A stretch of 64,000 nucleotides of DNA from the NCBI GenBank assembly GCA_964016885.1, contig OZ024760.1:30442001-30506000 (forward strand), written 5' to 3'. A program made the position numbers and the translations under genes. The notes beneath the pieces were generated by a model. It searched no databases. It worked only from the letters and a program-made list of their open reading frames with translations, and was not told the origin of the DNA. The stretch comes from Eledone cirrhosa (taxonomy: Eukaryota). Positions within the stretch are counted from its first letter, which is position 1, and every line of letters begins with the position of its first letter. This document shows, in pieces, positions 59,514-64,000 of the stretch.

Positions 59514-60627
59514 TAATGTAATGTAATATGTAATGTAATGTAATGTAATGTAATGTAATGTGTAATGTAATGTAATGTAACGTAATGTAATGTAATGTAA
59601 TATGTAATGTAATGTAATGTGTCATGTAATGTAATGTAATGTGTAATGTAATGTAATGTAATGTAATGTAATGTGTAATGTAAGGTAACGTAATGTAATG
59701 TAATGTAATGTGTAATGTAATGTAATGTAAAGTAATGTGTAACGTAATGTAATATAATGTAATGCAATGTGTAATGTAATGTAATGTAATGTAATGTAAT
59801 GTGTAATGTAATGTAATGGAATGTAATGTGAAATGTAAAGTAATGTAATGTAATGTAATGTGTAATGTAATGTAATGTAATGTAATGTGTAATGTTATGT
59901 AATGTAATGCAATGTAATGTGTAATGTAACGTAATGTAATGTGTAATGTAATGTAATGTAATATAGTGTAATGTAATGTGTAATGTAATGTAATGTAATG
60001 TAATGTAATGTAATGTGTAATGTAATGTAATGTAATGTAATGTAATGTAATGTAATGTAATGTAATGTGTAATGTAATGTAATGTAATGTAATGTAATGT
60101 GTAATGTAATGTAATGTAATGTAATGTAATGTAATATAATGTAATGTGTAATGTAATGTAATGTAATGTAATGTAATATAATGTAATGTGTAATGTAATG
60201 TAATGTAATGTAATGTAATGTAATGTGTAATGTAATGTAATGTAATGTAATATGTAATGTAATGTAATGTAATGTAACGTGTAACGTAAGGTAACGTAAT
60301 GTAATGTAATGTAATGTAATGTAATGTATGGTAATGTAATGTAATGTAATGTGTAATGTAATGTAATGTAATGTAATGTAATGTAATGTAATGTGTAATG
60401 TAATGTAATGTAATGCGTAATGTAAGGTGTAACGTTATGTAATGTAATGTAATGTAAAGTGTAATATAATGTAATGTAATGTAATATGTAATGTAATATA
60501 ATATAATATAATATAATATAATATAATATAATATAATATAATATAATACAATATAATATACTATGTAATGTAATGTAATGTAATGTAATGTAATGTTTAA
60601 TGTAATGTAATGTGTAAAGTAATGTAA

Positions 60628-60812
60628 TTGTTTCTACTTTAGGCACAAGGCCAGCAATTACCCAGTACATTACTGGTACTTTAATTTATCGACCCCGTAA
60701 GGCTGAAAGGCAAAGTCAACCTCGGCGGGATTTGAACTCAGATCGTAAAGGCACGTAACTATGCTGGAAAGCATGGCGTCCGACCCTCTACCGATACTGC
60801 CAATCCACCGCC
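60628..60812 (-). mobile_element. tRNA-derived SINE, copy 12 (independent insertion)
   Basis: 185 bp with alleles CTACTTT, CCCAGTACAT, GGCTGAAAGG and AAAGGCACG. The right junction is CCGCC|AATGTG. Confidence 0.86.
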
Positions 60813-61199
60813 AATGTGTAATGTAATGTAATGTAATGTAATCTGTATTGTAATGTAATGTAATGTAATGTAATGTAATGTAATGTAATGTAATGTAATG
60901 TGTAATGTAATGTAATGTAATGTAATGTAACGTAATGTAATGTGTAATGTAATGTATAATGTAATGTAATGTAATGTAATGTAATGTAATGTGTAATGTG
61001 TAATGTAATGTAATGTAATGTAATGTAATGTAATGTAATGTAATGTAATGTGTAATGTAACGTAATGTAATGTGTAATGTAATATAATATAATATAATAT
61101 AATATAATATAATATAATATAACATAATATAATATGTAAAGTAATGTAATGTAATGTGTAATGTCATGTAATGTAATGTAATGTAATGTAATATGATGT

Positions 61200-64000
61200 A
61201 ATGTAATGTAATGTAATGTAATGTGTAATGTAAGGTAACGTAATGTAATGTAATGTAATGTAATGTGTAATGTAATGTAATGTAATGTAATGTGTAATTT
61301 AATGTAATGTAATGTAATGTAATGTGTAATTTAATGTAATGTAATGTAATGTAATGTAATGTAATGTAATGTGTAATGTAACGTAACATAATGTAATGTA
61401 ATGTAATGTAATGTAATGTAATGTAATGTAATGTAATGTGTAATGTAATGTAATGTAATGTAATGTAATGTGTAATGTAATGTGTAATGTAATGTAATGT
61501 AATGTAATGTGTAATGTAATGTAATGTAATGTAATGTAATGTAATGTAATGTAATGTAATGTAATGTGTAATGTAATGTAATGTAATGTAATGTAATGTG
61601 TTGTGTAATGTAATGTAATGTAATGTAATGTAATGTGTAATGTAATGTAATGTAATGTAATGTGTAATGTAATGTAATGTAATGTAATGTGTAATGTCAT
61701 GTAATGTAATGTAATGTGTAATGTAATGTAATGTAATGTAATGTCATGTAATGTAATGTGTAATGTAAGGTAATGTAATGTAATGCAATGTAATGTAATG
61801 TGTAATGTAATGTAATGTAATGTAATCTAATCTAATCTAATGTAATGTAATGTATTGTAATGTAATGTGTAATGTAATGTAATGTAATGTAATGTAATGT
61901 AATGTAATGTAATGTAATGTAATGTAATGTAATGTGTAATGTAATGTAATGTAATGTAATGTAATGTGTAATTTCATTTAATGTAGTGTAATGTAATGTA
62001 ATGTAATGTAATGTAATTTAGTGTAATGTAATGTGTAATGTAATGTATAATGTAATGTAATGTAATGTAATATAATCTAATGTAATGTAATCTAATGTGT
62101 AAAGTAATGTAATGTAATATAATGTAATGAGTAATGTAATGTAATGTAATGTAATGTAATGTAATGTGTAACGTAACGTAATGTAATGTAATGTAATGTA
62201 ATGTAATGTGTAATGTGTAATGTGTAATGTAATGTAATGTAACGTAATGTAATGTAATGTGTAATGTAATGTAACGTAATGTAATGTAATGTAATGTAAT
62301 GTAATGTAATGTGTAATGTAATGTAATGTAATGTAATATAATGTAAAGTGTAATGTAATGTAATGTAATGTAATGTGTAATGTAATGTAATGTAATGTAA
62401 TGTAATGTAATGTAATGTAATGTAATGTAATGTGTAATGTAATGTAATGTAATGTAATATAATGTAATGTGTAATGTAATGTAATGTAATGTAATGTAAT
62501 ATAATGTAATGTGTAATGTAATCTAATGTAATGTAATGTGTAATGTAATGTAATGTAATGTAATGTAATGTAATGTAATGTGTAATGTAATGTAATATAA
62601 TGTAATGTGTAACGTAAGGTAACGTAATGTAATGTAATGTAATGTAATGTAATGTAATGTATGGTAATGTAATGTAATGTAATGTAATGTAATGTAATGT
62701 AATGTAATGTAATGTAATGTAATGTAATGTAATGTGTAATGTAATGTAATGTAATGTAATGTAATGTAATGCAATGTAATGTAATGTAATGTGTAATGTA
62801 ATGTAATGTAATGTGTAATGTAATGTAATGTAATGTAATGTAATGTGTAATTTAATGTAATGTAATGTAATGTAATGTGTAATGTAACGTAACATAATGT
62901 AATGTAATGTAATGTAATGTAATGTAATGTAATGTAATGTGTAATGTAATGTAATGTAATGTGTAATGTAATGTGTAATGTAATGTAATGTAATGTAATG
63001 TAATGTGTAATGTAATGTAATGTAATGTAATGTAATGTAATGTGTAATGTAATGTAATGTAATGTAATGTAATGTAATGTGTAATGTAATGTAATGTAAT
63101 GTAATGTAATGTAATGTGTAATGTAATGTAATGTAATGTGTAATGTAATGTAATGTAATGTAATGTAATGTGTAATGTAATGTAATGTAATGTAATGTAA
63201 TGTCATGTAATGTAATGTGTAATGTAAGTTAATGTAATGTAATGCAATGTAATGTAATGTGTAATGTAATGTAATGTAATGTAATGTAATGTAATCTAAT
63301 GTAATGTAATGTATTGTAATGTAATGTAATGTAATGTAATGTAATGTAATGTAATGTAATGTAATGTAATGTGTAATGTAATGTAATGTAATGTAATGTG
63401 TAATTTCATTTAATATAATGTAATGTAATGTAATGTAATGTAATGTAATGTAATGTAATGTAATGTAATGTAGTGTAATGTAATGTAATGTAATGTAATG
63501 TAATGTAGTGTAATGTAATGTGTAATGTAATGTGTAATGTAATGTAATGTAATGTAATCTAATGTAATGCAATCTAATGTGTAAAGTAATGTAATGTAAT
63601 ATAATGTAATGAGTAATGTAATGTAATGTAATGTAATGTAATGTGTAACGTAACGTAATGTAACGTAATGTAATGTAATGTGTAATGTAATGTAACGTAA
63701 TGTAATGTAATGTAGTGTAATATAATGTAATATAATGTAATGTGTAATGTAATGTAATGTAATGTAATGTAATGTAATGTGTAACGTAATGTAATGTAAT
63801 GTAATGTGTAATGTCATGTAATGTAATGTAATGTAATGTAATGTAATGTGTAATGTAAGGTAACGTAATGTAACGTAATGTAATGTAATGTGTAATGTAA
63901 TGTAATGTAATGTAATGTAATGTAATGTGTAATTTAATGTAATGTAATGTAATGTAATGTAATGTGTAATGTAATGTAATGTAATGTAATGTAATGTAAT
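61200..64000. repeat. ~1.45-1.5-kb diverged duplication
   Basis: AACATAATG at ~61385/62891, AATTTCATTT at ~61970/63402 and GAGTAATG at ~62129/63611. Confidence 0.7.

Larger units (their letters stand above)
33459..61135. repeat. 17 embedded (AATAT)n microsatellite islands of about 40-70 bp each
   Basis: Tracts start near 33459, 34477, 37509, 38607, 39318, 40617, 41862, 43915, 44685, 45785, 46271, 47031, 48205, 49208, 50785, 60495 and 61081. Most carry an AACAT variant near the right end. Confidence 0.9.
1..64000. repeat. Pentamer simple satellite (TAATG)n/(CATTA)n with frequent 7-bp TAATGTG variant and point variants (TAACG, TAATA, CAATG, TAAAG, TAGTG, TTATG, TCATG, TAAGG, TAATC)
   Basis: Directly visible across the entire window, in one orientation throughout. 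It is interrupted only by twelve ~185-bp elements and short (AATAT)n tracts. Confidence 0.99.

Noticed and set aside
64-63817. Numerous long minus-strand ORFs encoding (HYITL)n
   Set aside because: (CATTA)n is stop-free in all three frames (CAT TAC ATT ACA TTA). The ORFs overlap in several frames, shift frame at each TG insertion and mostly begin at non-ATG codons. They are not genes.
1-64000. Telomeric repeat array with telomere-specific retroelements
   Set aside because: TAATG lacks the GG/GGG runs of typical telomerase repeats. The array is degenerate with kb-scale HORs, and no chromosome end is visible.
1-64000. Mass transcription-factor sites (homeodomain TAAT cores; PAR-bZIP D-box-like GTTATGTAAT variants)
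   Set aside because: These are inevitable consequences of the monomer and its one-base variants. Nothing in the sequence indicates selection or binding.

Overview
The whole 64-kb window is a eukaryotic (animal-type) simple satellite array of the pentamer (TAATG)n/(CATTA)n. It is punctuated every few monomers by a 7-bp variant (TAATGTG) and by scattered single-base variants. I find no real protein-coding gene: every long ORF is a (HYITL)n artefact of the stop-free (CATTA)n strand. The only complex sequence is a ~185-bp tRNA-derived SINE (A box, B box, conserved central domain, 3' end running into CATTA repeats), present 12 times, always on the minus strand and always with its 3' end in the same pentamer phase. 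Nine copies share one 5' junction, and eight of them sit as an A/B pair in a homogeneous ~6.5-kb higher-order repeat (~1-25.4 kb). Three more diverged copies (34.6, 59.3, 60.6 kb) each have their own 5' junction, implying at least four independent insertions. The right part of the array is more heterogeneous, with local duplications (~0.8, 1.0, 1.25, 2.4, 2.99 and 1.5 kb) and 17 (AATAT)n islands. The most interesting hypothesis is a SINE that targets or seeds (CATTA)n satellite in a fixed orientation, is co-amplified into a composite higher-order repeat, and may drive strand-specific Pol III satellite RNA. The organism and any centromeric role cannot be established from this sequence alone. 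All coordinates and spacings were counted by eye.
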